DNA from: an uncultured Gammaproteobacteria bacterium
Lineage (GTDB): Bacteria; Patescibacteriota; Microgenomatia; CAZETR01; Amesbacteraceae
Direction of reading: 5' to 3'
DNA length: 64,000 bases
Assembly (NCBI GenBank): GCA_964543035.1
Contig: CAZIVL010000001.1
Location: 303,736 to 367,735, forward strand
Shown here: piece after piece, positions 38,919-48,891 of the stretch
How positions within the stretch are numbered: position 1 is the first letter of the stretch
Layout: every line of letters starts with the position of its first letter
Made by a program: the position numbers and the translations under genes
The notes under the pieces: model-generated
Told to the model about the DNA's origin: nothing
Databases searched by the model: none
Seen by the model: the letters and a program-made list of their open reading frames with translations, nothing else

Positions 38919-39229
38919 ACACACCCAGGTATCCGGCTCCTCCTTCTACAAGTGTACCCGCTAGTGCGAGCATAGCCAGTCCCAGTCTGACATTATCAGG
39001 ATCAAATATATCCGCCACACCATTCACTCTCTCGATTAATAAAGTCCCAGCCACCATTCCCAGAAAGCTAGCTACAAAAATCGCCCCATAAAATTTTGAT
39101 CGCAAATTTTCATTATTCACAATCAAATCATATCATTTCGGGTCATATTGGTGTTGACACGGTTGTGAAAATGGATCATATCCCAAATTTTTCTCGCGTT
39201 TCACGCTCGTAATTCGGTATATATTCGCG

Positions 39230-39282
39230 TTGACAAACTATATCAAACGCGACTATAGTGGTATACAGTGGTAAAAAGTGGT
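39230..39282 (+). promoter_or_regulatory. dcw-cluster promoter (Pmra) with MraZ operator
   Basis: TTGACA 39230-35, 18-nt spacer, TATAGT 39254-59; three GTGGT direct repeats at 39258, 39268, 39278 with exact 10-nt phasing. Confidence 0.65.
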
Positions 39283-39296
39283 AAAAATATGAATAT

Positions 39297-39722
39297 ATGT
39301 TTGTTGGCCAATACGATCACTCTCTCGAAGCAAAAGGCAGATTATCTGTCCCCAAAAAATTCCGCTCCCAGCTGGAAGCTGGCGCGGTCTTGAGTCAGGG
39401 GCTCGATGGCTGTCTTTTTCTGTACTCCAAGGAAGCTTGGAATCAGCTCATTTACAAGTTGTCCCAACTACCCCTGACCAGATCCGACGCTCGTTCTTTT
39501 ACCAGAGCTATGAGTTATGGAGCAGTCGAGGTAGATATAGACTCGGTCGGTCGCATCCTGGTTCCCGAATACTTACAAAAGTATGCGGGTCTCAAATCAG
39601 ATTGTGTCGTAGCAGGTGCCATTGATCGTATCGAAATCTGGGACAAACAAAAATTTGAGGAATATACTGCTCAAGTTAATTCCAGTCTTGAGACTGTAGC
39701 TGAAAAACTTGACATATCATAA
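39297..39722 (+). CDS. mraZ: Transcriptional regulator MraZ
   Basis: MFVGQYDHSLEAKGRLSVPKKFR N-terminus, duplicated MraZ fold length (141 aa). Confidence 0.9.
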   Translation: MFVGQYDHSLEAKGRLSVPKKFRSQLEAGAVLSQGLDGCLFLYSKEAWNQLIYKLSQLPLTRSDARSFTRAMSYGAVEVDIDSVGRILVPEYLQKYAGLKSDCVVAGAIDRIEIWDKQKFEEYTAQVNSSLETVAEKLDIS

Positions 39723-40527
39723 GCCAGTACTTTTACAACCAGCTTGCGCTTATTTAAACATTACGCAAGGCAAAAAATATATTGACGCCACACTTGGCGG
39801 AGGAGGCCACGCCCAAGAGATCATTTCTCGAGGAGGGGAGGTCTTAGGACTCGATCAAGATCCAGATAGTCTAGACTTCGTCTCAGACCAAGATGGCTTG
39901 ATCAAAGTCAGATCCAATTTTGTCCACCTAAAAGATGTAGCTATTCAATATAACTTTTTCCCTTGCGATGGAATTATTTTCGATCTTGGTGTCTCGTCTC
40001 ATCAGATAGACACAGGGACGAGGGGCTTTTCTTTTCAAAAAGAAGGTCCCCTGGACATGCGTATGGACCCATCGCTGGAGACTACCGCGAGCGACCTCGT
40101 AAACAGTCTTCCCGTGTCCCAGCTTGCCCATATTTTCAAAGTATTTGGTGAGGTCAAAGGTAGTGGACTGCTGGCAAAAAAAATAGTCGAACATCGCCCA
40201 CTCCGGTCCACTCAAGAGCTAGCAGCTCTGACCGGGTTGGAGACCAGACCTGCCTTTCAAGCTCTACGAATTGCCGTCAACGACGAATTGGGGAGTCTCG
40301 AGATAGCTTTGCCCCAAGCAGTTAGTTGTCTAAACACCGGGGGTACCATGGTCGTCATCTCATTTCATTCTCTCGAAGATCGTATCGTAAAAACCCAATT
40401 TGAAGAATTTGAATCCCAAAAAATTGGGGTGATCGAAACCAAAAATCCCATAGTTCCGGACGAAGTCGAGATCAAAAACAATCCCAGATCAAAAAGTGCC
40501 AAGCTGCGAGTATTTAAAAAATTATGA
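39709..40527 (+). CDS. rsmH: 16S rRNA (cytosine1402-N4)-methyltransferase RsmH (MraW)
   Basis: HKPVLL start, DATLGGGGHA SAM motif, FHSLEDRIVK. Confidence 0.9.
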   Translation: MTYHKPVLLQPACAYLNITQGKKYIDATLGGGGHAQEIISRGGEVLGLDQDPDSLDFVSDQDGLIKVRSNFVHLKDVAIQYNFFPCDGIIFDLGVSSHQIDTGTRGFSFQKEGPLDMRMDPSLETTASDLVNSLPVSQLAHIFKVFGEVKGSGLLAKKIVEHRPLRSTQELAALTGLETRPAFQALRIAVNDELGSLEIALPQAVSCLNTGGTMVVISFHSLEDRIVKTQFEEFESQKIGVIETKNPIVPDEVEIKNNPRSKSAKLRVFKKL

Positions 40528-40793
40528 AATTAATAATTGCGACTATCATTGTTCTCAATGTCTGCCTGTCGGGATTCCAGTTCTTTTTGACGACAGTCAG
40601 ATCCTCAGACGGCAAGAAGCTTTGGGAGCTCCAAGGCCAGATTGCCAGGATCACGACTGAAAATACAGATTTGAAAAATCAAATCGCCCAAAAGGTCTCA
40701 GTTGCCCAAGTTTATCAAGATGCGACCTCAGCTTCTCTCTCGGCTATACCGGTTACGACGCTTTCTCCAAAGCCCGTCGCCGTTCTCCCATGA
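40524..40793 (+). CDS. ftsL: Cell division protein FtsL-like
   Basis: 89 aa, N-terminal TM then coiled-coil (LQGQIARITTENTDLKNQIAQ), position between rsmH and ftsI. Confidence 0.5.
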   Translation: MKLIIATIIVLNVCLSGFQFFLTTVRSSDGKKLWELQGQIARITTENTDLKNQIAQKVSVAQVYQDATSASLSAIPVTTLSPKPVAVLP

Positions 40794-42454
40794 ATCACCG
40801 ATCTTCTTGGATCAAAGCGATTTTTATCCTCTGGTTTATTGCTATCATTTTGCGGCTCGGCTACTGGCAGTTCATAAAAGGCAGTGATCTCAGGCGTCAG
40901 GCAGACAGCGAGCATCTTGTCTCCGAGGTCCTGACTGCCCCCAGGGGAGACATTCTTGCATCCGATGGTCAGCCGTTGGTTACGAACACCGAGCGGTACT
41001 TATTCTATGTAGATCCCAAGATGCTTCCCCGTGACTACGAGACTCTAAATAAGCTTATGACTTCGCTTTCGGCCTCAGAAAGTGGTAAGCGCCTAGAAGA
41101 AGCAATCAAATCAGATCTCTCGTGGTACTGGATCGAAAAAGGCCTAACGCCTGCGCAAAAAAAACGCATAGAAAGTCTCAAGGTCACAGGCGTAGGCTTT
41201 GAATCAGAGCCCATCCGCCTGTATCCTGAGGGGTCGGCCAGTGCCTACCTGACTGGTTTTGTAGGTCGTGATTCCCAAGGGGGACCAGTAGGTTACTTTG
41301 GTCTGGAAGGGTTTTACAACCGTCTGTTATCAGGAGTCCCCGGACGCATTTCTCAAGAACAGGATGCCTTTGGTCGGCCCATCTTGCTGTCTGCCCCTGC
41401 TCGTATCCAGCCCAAGCCTGGAAAGACTCTCAACACTTCTATCGACCGCACTCTCCAATTTATTGCCACCAAAAAGCTCATTGAGGGGTTGGCAAAGTAT
41501 CAAGCAGCATCTGGCACAGTCTCTATCATGGAGACCGAGTCTGGTCGAGTATTGAGCCTTGTGTCTTGGCCAAACTACGATCCGGCTAGTTTTGCCAAGT
41601 TTGACGGCAGTCTATATGCCAATCCCATAGTCACCGAAGGGTACGAACCCGGTTCCACTTTCAAAGCCATTGTCATGGCCTCGGCTCTAGATGCCGGAGT
41701 CGTAACTCGTGACACGATCTGTGACATCTGTTCGGGTCCAGTGACCATCTACGACGCGACAGTCGGCAGCTGGAATGGAAAATATCACAAAGATAGCAAC
41801 ATGACTGACGTGATCCTCCATTCAGACAATGTGGGCATGGTTTTTGTAGGAAGAAAACTTGGCAAGACAAAATTATTAGAATACATCCGAAAATTTGGGT
41901 TTGGAAAAAAGACCGGCATCGATCTTCAAGAGGAATCCACTCCGATTCTTAGGCCAGATTCTGAATGGTTTGACATCGATTGGGCCACGGCATCATTTGG
42001 TCAAGGAATCGCAGTCACTCGCATCCAGATGCTAGCCGGAGTCAACACTATTGCCAACCAGGGTCTGTGGGTGGAGCCCAGAATCGGAAGTAGTGAAGGC
42101 CTCCCAAAACAGATCTCCCGTCCAGTAATCTCGTCCAAGGCTGCCGCAGGCATCACCCAAATGATGGTAAATGGTGTCCAAAATGGAGAAGTTCGCTACT
42201 ACAAGCCTTCAGGATATCTCATAGCCGGAAAGACAGGTACGGCCCAGATTCCTATTCAGGGTCATTATGATGCGGACAAGTTTATTGCCTCGTTTGTGGG
42301 TTTTGCCCCAGCTGACAAACCTAGGTTTACGATGCTAGTTACACTTACTGACCCCAAGACATCCAGATGGGGGAGTACGACGGCTGCTCCCCTGTGGTTT
42401 GACATCGCCCGCGAAATTTTTAGGTATTATCAGATCCCTCCAGTTACTAAGTAG
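40790..42454 (+). CDS. ftsI: Peptidoglycan D,D-transpeptidase FtsI (class B PBP)
   Basis: N-terminal TM, SxxK (GSTFK), SDN (HSDNVG), KTG (AGKTGTA) motifs. Confidence 0.9.
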   Translation: MNHRSSWIKAIFILWFIAIILRLGYWQFIKGSDLRRQADSEHLVSEVLTAPRGDILASDGQPLVTNTERYLFYVDPKMLPRDYETLNKLMTSLSASESGKRLEEAIKSDLSWYWIEKGLTPAQKKRIESLKVTGVGFESEPIRLYPEGSASAYLTGFVGRDSQGGPVGYFGLEGFYNRLLSGVPGRISQEQDAFGRPILLSAPARIQPKPGKTLNTSIDRTLQFIATKKLIEGLAKYQAASGTVSIMETESGRVLSLVSWPNYDPASFAKFDGSLYANPIVTEGYEPGSTFKAIVMASALDAGVVTRDTICDICSGPVTIYDATVGSWNGKYHKDSNMTDVILHSDNVGMVFVGRKLGKTKLLEYIRKFGFGKKTGIDLQEESTPILRPDSEWFDIDWATASFGQGIAVTRIQMLAGVNTIANQGLWVEPRIGSSEGLPKQISRPVISSKAAAGITQMMVNGVQNGEVRYYKPSGYLIAGKTGTAQIPIQGHYDADKFIASFVGFAPADKPRFTMLVTLTDPKTSRWGSTTAAPLWFDIAREIFRYYQIPPVTK

Positions 42455-42477
42455 CATATAATATAGGGGTACGACAT

Positions 42478-42861
42478 ATGAAAATAAAAAAACACAAAAT
42501 ATCGTTTGTACACGCTTTTGAAGGTCTCCTCTACGCCGTTCGTACCCAACCAAACTTTCTTATGCATCTGCTCATTTCGGCGACAGTCGTGATTTCCGGC
42601 ATAATCATTTCTCTTACAAACATCGAGTGGATTATTTTGTCCCTCACCATCTTCATAGGCTTGGTTATTGAGCTTATAAATACAGCCATTGAAGCTTCTG
42701 TGGATCTGTCCACAACCAAATTTCATCCCGTGGCAAAAATCGCCAAAGATACCGCCGCCGCCGCCATGCTCATTTATGCTTTAGGAGCTTGTATCATTGG
42801 TCTGTTAATTTTTTTACCCAGAATATTAACTTTTTCAAGTTATTTAGGATTTAGTTTTTAG
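42478..42861 (+). CDS. dgkA: Diacylglycerol kinase family lipid kinase (DgkA/undecaprenol kinase)
   Basis: 127 aa, 3 TM, EWIILSLTIFIGLVIELINTAIEASVD matches prokaryotic DAGK signature. Confidence 0.8.
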   Translation: MKIKKHKISFVHAFEGLLYAVRTQPNFLMHLLISATVVISGIIISLTNIEWIILSLTIFIGLVIELINTAIEASVDLSTTKFHPVAKIAKDTAAAAMLIYALGACIIGLLIFLPRILTFSSYLGFSF

Positions 42862-42879
42862 GTTTTAGAGTTTTAATAA

Positions 42880-43854
42880 ATGGCTACCTATTTAGGCATT
42901 TTACTGTTTTCATTCATTATCACAGGCATCCTCATGGTGCCGTTTATTGACCTACTCTTTCGCCTCAATCTGACCCACAAGTCCAAGTCCGTTGAAAAAA
43001 AGTCAGGTACCCCGGTAGGAGCAGGGGTCCTACTTATAGTCCTAATCACGGCTTTATTTGCTTTCATAATTCCACTGGTCGCCAGATTGGGCTTACCATT
43101 TACATCTCTTTTTTCACCCAGAGTCGAGTACCTGGCCATCTTTTTTACATTGATCTCATTTGGGTTGCTGGGACTGTTTGAGGATTTGGTAAAAGTCTTT
43201 GGTCTAAAAAAAAGCTATCTCAAGGTCAAACACCCTGCCCAAATTATTTTGAGCCTGATTTCTGCCACTATTATTTGTGTTGGCCTTGGAATAAATCACA
43301 TCAATCTCCCAATATTGGGAGTTTTAAATTTTGGGGCACTTTATATCCCCATTTCAGCGGGCATTATTTATATCTTTGCTAGGGGAGTGGACATTACCGA
43401 CGGTCTGGATGGTCTGGCGGGAGGCAATTTGCTTATATCTTTGGCATCGTTTTGGATATTGGCTCTCTCTGCCCTCGACACCCATATCAGCATTTTTGTG
43501 GCCATTTGGATTGGTGGCCTACTCGCCTTTTTGTATTTCAATGTTCATCCGGCCCGGGTTTGGTTAGGTAACGCCGGCAGTCTCAGTTTTGGCGCGACTT
43601 TGGCCGTTATCGCCCTGATCTTAGGCAAGCTGGCTCCACTTCTGGTTATTGGGGCCATATTTTTGGTAGAAGCCCTATCAAATTTGCTTCAATACGCGTC
43701 TCTTAGACTGAGATCTCGCAAATTATTTCCTTACTCACCTCCTCATTATTGGCTAATGGCCATAGGTTGGCATGAGGCAAAAGTCACGCTCAGATCTTGG
43801 TTGATTGCCACACTCCTGGCCCTATCCGGTCTCTGGCTCTCAACTCTTACATGA
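42880..43854 (+). CDS. mraY: Phospho-N-acetylmuramoyl-pentapeptide transferase MraY
   Basis: 10 TM; DGLDGLAGG motif; position in dcw cluster. Confidence 0.9.
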   Translation: MATYLGILLFSFIITGILMVPFIDLLFRLNLTHKSKSVEKKSGTPVGAGVLLIVLITALFAFIIPLVARLGLPFTSLFSPRVEYLAIFFTLISFGLLGLFEDLVKVFGLKKSYLKVKHPAQIILSLISATIICVGLGINHINLPILGVLNFGALYIPISAGIIYIFARGVDITDGLDGLAGGNLLISLASFWILALSALDTHISIFVAIWIGGLLAFLYFNVHPARVWLGNAGSLSFGATLAVIALILGKLAPLLVIGAIFLVEALSNLLQYASLRLRSRKLFPYSPPHYWLMAIGWHEAKVTLRSWLIATLLALSGLWLSTLT

Positions 43855-44912
43855 AAAAATCTGTCCTGCTCACTCTTTTGGTTTTAGCATTTTGTGTGTT
43901 CGGGGTGATCATGGTTGGCAATTCATCTGTTGTGACCGCAGTCCGTGACTTTTCTGACAAGTGGTATTATCTCAAGCTTCAGCTCGGATGGGCGGGACTA
44001 GGAATGATAGGATTTTTGGTCTTTTCTAACTTTAATCACAAGCGACTAGAACACTTGGCAGTTCCTTTTATGGGATTTTGTATCTTTCTTCTGCTCGTAG
44101 TTTTGATCCCAGGCGTGGGTCTGCACCTACTGGGAGCTCGGCGATGGATAAATCTTGGGCTATTTTCTTTTCAACCCGCCGAGATTACCAAACTGGCTGT
44201 GTGTGTATATTTGGCGTTGTTGTTCAAAAAACCCTACCGTTTTCTGCAGTTTTTAGCTCCCATCACTATCATCTGTGGTCTGATCATGTTGGAGCCAGAT
44301 TTGGGTACGACCATATCTATTGTGGGCACCGCATTTCTTATGTATTTGGGCACGGGAGGCAAGCTCTTGCATTTGACAGCAGCCGTTCCTGTGGGCATCC
44401 TGGCCATTATTCTTCTTATATATGTCTCTCCCTATAGACTTGCCAGGCTTCAGACATTTTTTGATCATACCAGTGACCCGTTGGGTGCTTCGTATCAGAT
44501 CCGTCAGTCTCTAATCGGTATTGGCTCAGGTGGTTTTTTAGGGAGGGGGCTGGGGCAATCCCGGCAAAAGTATGAGTTTTTGCCCGAGGCAAATACCGAT
44601 TCTATCTTTGCCGTCATTACCGAAGAGTTAGGTTTTGTGGGTGCGGCCACTCTTATATCCGGATATTTGATATTTATTATTACCGGGCTTCAAGTGAGTC
44701 ACCTGGCAAAAGATCATTTTTCCAAAAATCTTAGCCTAGGAATTACCAGTCTGGTAGGAGTCCAAGCTTTTATCAACCTTTCCTCTCTTTTGGCCCTCTT
44801 CCCCCTGACCGGCATCCCCCTTATCTTTATTTCCTACGGAGGCACAGCCTTAGTCGTGGCGCTGGCCGCCTCAGGCTTACTCGTTAATATTGCAAAATCT
44901 GAGAAGATCTAG
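43851..44912 (+). CDS. ftsW: SEDS peptidoglycan glycosyltransferase FtsW
   Basis: FQPAEITKLAV, ITEELGFVGA, PLTGIPLIFISYGG SEDS motifs; start at MKKSV (ATGA overlap with mraY). Confidence 0.85.
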   Translation: MKKSVLLTLLVLAFCVFGVIMVGNSSVVTAVRDFSDKWYYLKLQLGWAGLGMIGFLVFSNFNHKRLEHLAVPFMGFCIFLLLVVLIPGVGLHLLGARRWINLGLFSFQPAEITKLAVCVYLALLFKKPYRFLQFLAPITIICGLIMLEPDLGTTISIVGTAFLMYLGTGGKLLHLTAAVPVGILAIILLIYVSPYRLARLQTFFDHTSDPLGASYQIRQSLIGIGSGGFLGRGLGQSRQKYEFLPEANTDSIFAVITEELGFVGAATLISGYLIFIITGLQVSHLAKDHFSKNLSLGITSLVGVQAFINLSSLLALFPLTGIPLIFISYGGTALVVALAASGLLVNIAKSEKI

Positions 44913-44914
44913 CT

Positions 44915-45697
44915 TCAGTTGGCGCTGGTATATCTTTTTATCGACGCATTCCAAAATATTCTCGTAATACAAAACAAGATTGTTGCAGCCAAAGCCATAT
45001 AGAGTATCGACTGGATATGTATTTCTCCAAAAAGAATCTGGGCTGGAATTGTAGTTATTATCATAAGAGGCACTAATCCAAAAGCAACCGCCTGTACATA
45101 TGCTGGATATGCAGATACCGGAAATCTGGAAAAGTCTGCTAGCTCAGCCGGAATATTCGTAGCATTTTCAATAAATTCAAAATAAAAACCCAGAGTTGCA
45201 GTCATCATCCAAAAACAGTAATAGATCACAAGACCAAAAACTATAGTCAAGATTGTTAACAACAGGGAAGCCATGCTAAAGGTAATTTCACTATTTGCGA
45301 TTACCCATGCACAGACAATGATGCCTTCAAATAGGCCAAACAAAGCATTCGTAATTATTCTCTTAAAAGAAGTGAAAAATTGACTATCAATTGGCTTACT
45401 AAGAATTAAATCTAGTTTGCCAGAATGGATGTCATACACTGTCCTTTTCATGTTTCCATACCAGAAAAAATGCGCAACTGAGTTATATATCATCCACATT
45501 CCAACCAATATAATCATCTGATTTACACTCCAACCTCCGAGACCTCCGGTCACATTTCCGATAGCCAGTACAGCAAACAGAGAAAAATTAGACCAGGTAG
45601 CATTGGCAATTACGTTCGCCCAAAAACTTGAACGGTACTGAGTGTCAAACTTTAAATTTTGTTTCAGTAGTGAGAAGCCAGCTTTAATGTGTTTCAT
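44915..45697 (-). CDS. ABC-2 family transporter permease
   Basis: 260 aa, 6 TM, ABC-2 type topology; paired with the adjacent permease; no ATPase gene adjacent. Confidence 0.6.
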   Translation of the reverse strand: MKHIKAGFSLLKQNLKFDTQYRSSFWANVIANATWSNFSLFAVLAIGNVTGGLGGWSVNQMIILVGMWMIYNSVAHFFWYGNMKRTVYDIHSGKLDLILSKPIDSQFFTSFKRIITNALFGLFEGIIVCAWVIANSEITFSMASLLLTILTIVFGLVIYYCFWMMTATLGFYFEFIENATNIPAELADFSRFPVSAYPAYVQAVAFGLVPLMIITTIPAQILFGEIHIQSILYMALAATILFCITRIFWNASIKRYTSAN

Positions 45698-46494
45698 AGT
45701 CCTACAGCAGAAAATTTAGTAATTCCTTTTTTCCACATCCACTTCGACAGTAAAAAAAGTCCAATTAGCCACATAATCTGGTTTGCAATTCCTGCAAGTA
45801 TTGTCGAGGTATTTAGATTCCCTATCACCATTTGTGTAGGAAAAAACACTATGTATTTAAAAGGTAGGAAATTGAGAATATTTTGTAAAAACAAAGGGAA
45901 GAGAACCACCGGAATCAATCTGCCCGTCAGTAGCTCATTAAGCATATTAAACAGATGCTTATATCCAGTAGTCGTTTCGGTAAAAAAACCTATGTACCCG
46001 ACACAAAGCGATATACCAAAACTAATCAAATATCCCAAGATTAAAGACATAACAAGTAGCATCAAATATCCAAAGCTTTTATCTAGCAGATTTACGACTA
46101 TTCCATTTGCAAACACGATCAAAGCAATAATTGCCGGCACTGCATAAGTTGCAAACTTGACCGAATACCAGGCTACTTCCCAAAATAGTCTGTTTAGCAT
46201 GTAGTCAAACGGCTTTATTACATAATTCGACAAATTACCATCTTTGATGTCTTCATCGACATGTTCTGAGACTGCAGACACCCACATGGAAAGCATCAGT
46301 ACCACCAAGTAATACCCCACCAGTTGTTCAAGGGTATATCCTCTCAAAGAATTTCCTTCAGAGTAGTATTTTGTCCACACCGAAATCATAATTAGTGGGC
46401 TCATCATTCCAATTAGGACCCAGACAAAATTTCTACCCCTGTGCATCAGGGCTTTTTGGACTGTTATGCCAAATACAGACAAATACTTTCTCAT
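45694..46494 (-). CDS. ABC-2 family transporter permease
   Basis: 266 aa, 6 TM; 4-nt overlap with the downstream permease. Confidence 0.6.
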   Translation of the reverse strand: MRKYLSVFGITVQKALMHRGRNFVWVLIGMMSPLIMISVWTKYYSEGNSLRGYTLEQLVGYYLVVLMLSMWVSAVSEHVDEDIKDGNLSNYVIKPFDYMLNRLFWEVAWYSVKFATYAVPAIIALIVFANGIVVNLLDKSFGYLMLLVMSLILGYLISFGISLCVGYIGFFTETTTGYKHLFNMLNELLTGRLIPVVLFPLFLQNILNFLPFKYIVFFPTQMVIGNLNTSTILAGIANQIMWLIGLFLLSKWMWKKGITKFSAVGL

Positions 46495-46522
46495 AAGAAT
46501 ATAATAGTGCTACTCATAGTAT

Positions 46523-47587
46523 ATGAAAACCCTTGTTTTTACCGGTGGTCATCACAATAGCGCACTTCCCGTGGCGACTGCTCTCAAAAAAGAAGGTACC
46601 AATATCGTCTGGCTCGGCCACAGACATAGCCAGTGGGGAGACACCTCCGACTCAGCTGAGTACAGTGATGTGACGGCTTCAGGCATCCCCTTTTTTGACC
46701 TCCAAGCCGGCAAGTTTTACAAGACTTTTCACCCTCTCAAACTTATTCGCATACCCTGGGGCTTTTTGCAGGCGTTTTATTATTTACTTAAGATTCGCCC
46801 CCAGGGCATTGTTTCTTTTGGTGGATATCTGGCCGTCCCGGTTGTATTTGTAGGCTGGATACTAGGCATTCCCAGTATCACCCACGAGCAGACAGTGGTG
46901 GCCGGCTGGGCCAATAGGTTCATCGTTCACTTTGTAAAAAAGATTGCCATTACTTGGCCCGAGAGTGCCATCCACTTTCCCAAAGACAAAGTCGTAATTA
47001 CCGGCCTCCCCCTTCGCCCCGAATTAGTAAATCTAAAGAACAATCAAAAAACCAATCACCAATCACCAAAAGCTATATATGTTACCGGTGGCAAGCAAGG
47101 ATCGCACGTCATAAATAGCGTGGTCTTTGCCGCTCTCCCAGAGCTTACCAAAAGCTTCAAGGTGATCCATCAGACAGGTACTTCGACTATTTACGACGAT
47201 GTGGGCAAATCGGCCACCTTGAAATTGCCAAATTATCAGGCTTTTGGTTACGATTCGTCTCTTGCCATAGAAGCTTTCTCAAAAGCAGACATCGTAGTCA
47301 GTCGGGCCGGGGCTCACACCACCTACGAACTATTGTATCTGGGCCTAAAATGCGTTCTGATCCCGATTCCTTGGGTCTCACACAATGAGCAGTTACAAAA
47401 TGCCTTGCTACTCGAAAGACAAAATCTAGCCGTGATACTAAATCAAGACGAGTTGACTGTGAAAAATTTGCTTGACGCGATAGCCAAATGTGTTAGTCTG
47501 ACTCCACAAAAGGTTACAGAAGTAGGCGATGGCTTGCCAAAGCTCATAGAATTGATTCATAATACTCTAACTAATGGCCAAAAATAA
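46523..47587 (+). CDS. murG: UDP-GlcNAc:lipid I N-acetylglucosaminyltransferase MurG
   Basis: FTGGHHNSALPVATAL N-terminal G-loop, GT28 architecture, 354 aa. Confidence 0.85.
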   Translation: MKTLVFTGGHHNSALPVATALKKEGTNIVWLGHRHSQWGDTSDSAEYSDVTASGIPFFDLQAGKFYKTFHPLKLIRIPWGFLQAFYYLLKIRPQGIVSFGGYLAVPVVFVGWILGIPSITHEQTVVAGWANRFIVHFVKKIAITWPESAIHFPKDKVVITGLPLRPELVNLKNNQKTNHQSPKAIYVTGGKQGSHVINSVVFAALPELTKSFKVIHQTGTSTIYDDVGKSATLKLPNYQAFGYDSSLAIEAFSKADIVVSRAGAHTTYELLYLGLKCVLIPIPWVSHNEQLQNALLLERQNLAVILNQDELTVKNLLDAIAKCVSLTPQKVTEVGDGLPKLIELIHNTLTNGQK

Positions 47588-48836
47588 AATAGTTTCAGCA
47601 ATAGATATTGGAAGTTCAAAAGTAACTGCCCTCATAGGTCAGATCCGCCCGGACCAGACCGACAAAGTTCATGTGATAGGCGCCGCTTCATCCGTCTCAA
47701 AAGGCGTCAGAAAAGGCCAGATCGTAAATATCGAAGAAGCAGTCACCTCAATTGCCGAAGCCGTCGAAGCGGCCGAGCGCATGGCGGGGTTCAATTTTTC
47801 CCGTGCTTGGGTCTCAGTCGGGGGTTCACACATCGGTTCCCAAAATAGTCATGGCGTCGTCGCAGTCAGTCAGCCCCAGGGAGAGATCAATCCCGAGGAT
47901 GTAAGAAGAGTTTTGGAAGCAGCTCGGGCAGTCTCTCTTCCGACAGCCAATGAGATCATCCACGTCATCCCCAAAAATTACACCGTAGACAGCCAAGATG
48001 GAGTAAAAGATCCCGTGGGTATGACCGGAGTCCGGCTTGAGGTAGATACTCATATCGTCACTGGCTCTTCGCCAGTCATAAAAAATCTTTCCAAATGTGT
48101 AGGCGAGGTGGGTTGTGATGTAGCGGGTCTAGTATTTTCCGGACTGGCCTCTTCTCACTCCGTTCTCTCAGATACCGAAAAAGAGCTTGGGGTGGTCCTC
48201 GTCGACATCGGCGGTGGTACCATGAGTCTGTCTATATATGTAGAAGGGGCCTTGGCCTATTCCCAGGTCTGTCCAGTAGGCGCCATCAATGTCACCAAAG
48301 ATTTGGCTGCCGGACTGCGGATTTCTCTGGAAAGTGCTGAAAAGATCAAGTTACTTCTTTCCAAGATGAAATCCAAAGAAGACGATATCGACATCACGTC
48401 TTTAGGCCTTCCCGAGGAGATGAAGACCGTTTCCTACAAGACTTTAGTCGAGGGCATCATTCGCCCGCGTCTAAACGAAATGTTTCAAACCATCGCCTCC
48501 GAGATAAAAAAATCCGGCCTCGCAGGTCTTACTCCTTCAGGACTAGTCTTGTGTGGGGGCGGTGCCATGACAGTCAGCATCGTTGAGAGTGCAAAAAGGA
48601 TGTTGGGTATGCCCGTTCGTGTTGGTACTCCATCTGGCATCACAGGCCTCATAGATGACATCACCACTCCTGCTTTTGCGGCCTCTATAGGTCTCCTCAA
48701 ATATGCTCATGCTCTTCAAGATGCTGAAGTATCCACTAGTTCATCGTTTAGTCCATCACTACCATCATTTGACAAGTTTCCAGTAAAGGGCGTTCTTGGG
48801 CGTATTGCTCAGACGATTAAATCTTTACTCCCTTGA
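47574..48836 (+). CDS. ftsA: Cell division protein FtsA
   Basis: Actin-like ATPase: VSAIDIGSSKV, DIGGGT, CGGGA motifs. Confidence 0.9.
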   Translation: MAKNKIVSAIDIGSSKVTALIGQIRPDQTDKVHVIGAASSVSKGVRKGQIVNIEEAVTSIAEAVEAAERMAGFNFSRAWVSVGGSHIGSQNSHGVVAVSQPQGEINPEDVRRVLEAARAVSLPTANEIIHVIPKNYTVDSQDGVKDPVGMTGVRLEVDTHIVTGSSPVIKNLSKCVGEVGCDVAGLVFSGLASSHSVLSDTEKELGVVLVDIGGGTMSLSIYVEGALAYSQVCPVGAINVTKDLAAGLRISLESAEKIKLLLSKMKSKEDDIDITSLGLPEEMKTVSYKTLVEGIIRPRLNEMFQTIASEIKKSGLAGLTPSGLVLCGGGAMTVSIVESAKRMLGMPVRVGTPSGITGLIDDITTPAFAASIGLLKYAHALQDAEVSTSSSFSPSLPSFDKFPVKGVLGRIAQTIKSLLP

Positions 48837-48891
48837 TCGGCCCTGTTACAATCGGCTCGTCCTTCCGTCTGCTCCCGGAATGTAATTTTTA

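Noticed and set aside
39154-39183. Second upstream TTGACA ... TATCCC promoter-like element before mraZ
   Set aside because: -10 hexamer is poor (TATCCC) and the spacing is 18-19 nt. The downstream TTGACA-18-TATAGT promoter overlapping the MraZ boxes is much stronger. Kept only as a possible weak P2.
45689-46147. 152-aa + strand ORF
   Set aside because: Antisense overlap with the ABC-2 permease 45694-46494. The permease has clear TM topology, and the + strand ORF has no features.
48837-48891. Possible hairpin (TTCCG-N8-CGGAA within GTTACA...TGTAAT) in the ftsA-ftsZ spacer
   Set aside because: Only a 5-bp stem with no U-tract, which is compatible with chance. Could be an RNase processing site, but the evidence is too thin to call.
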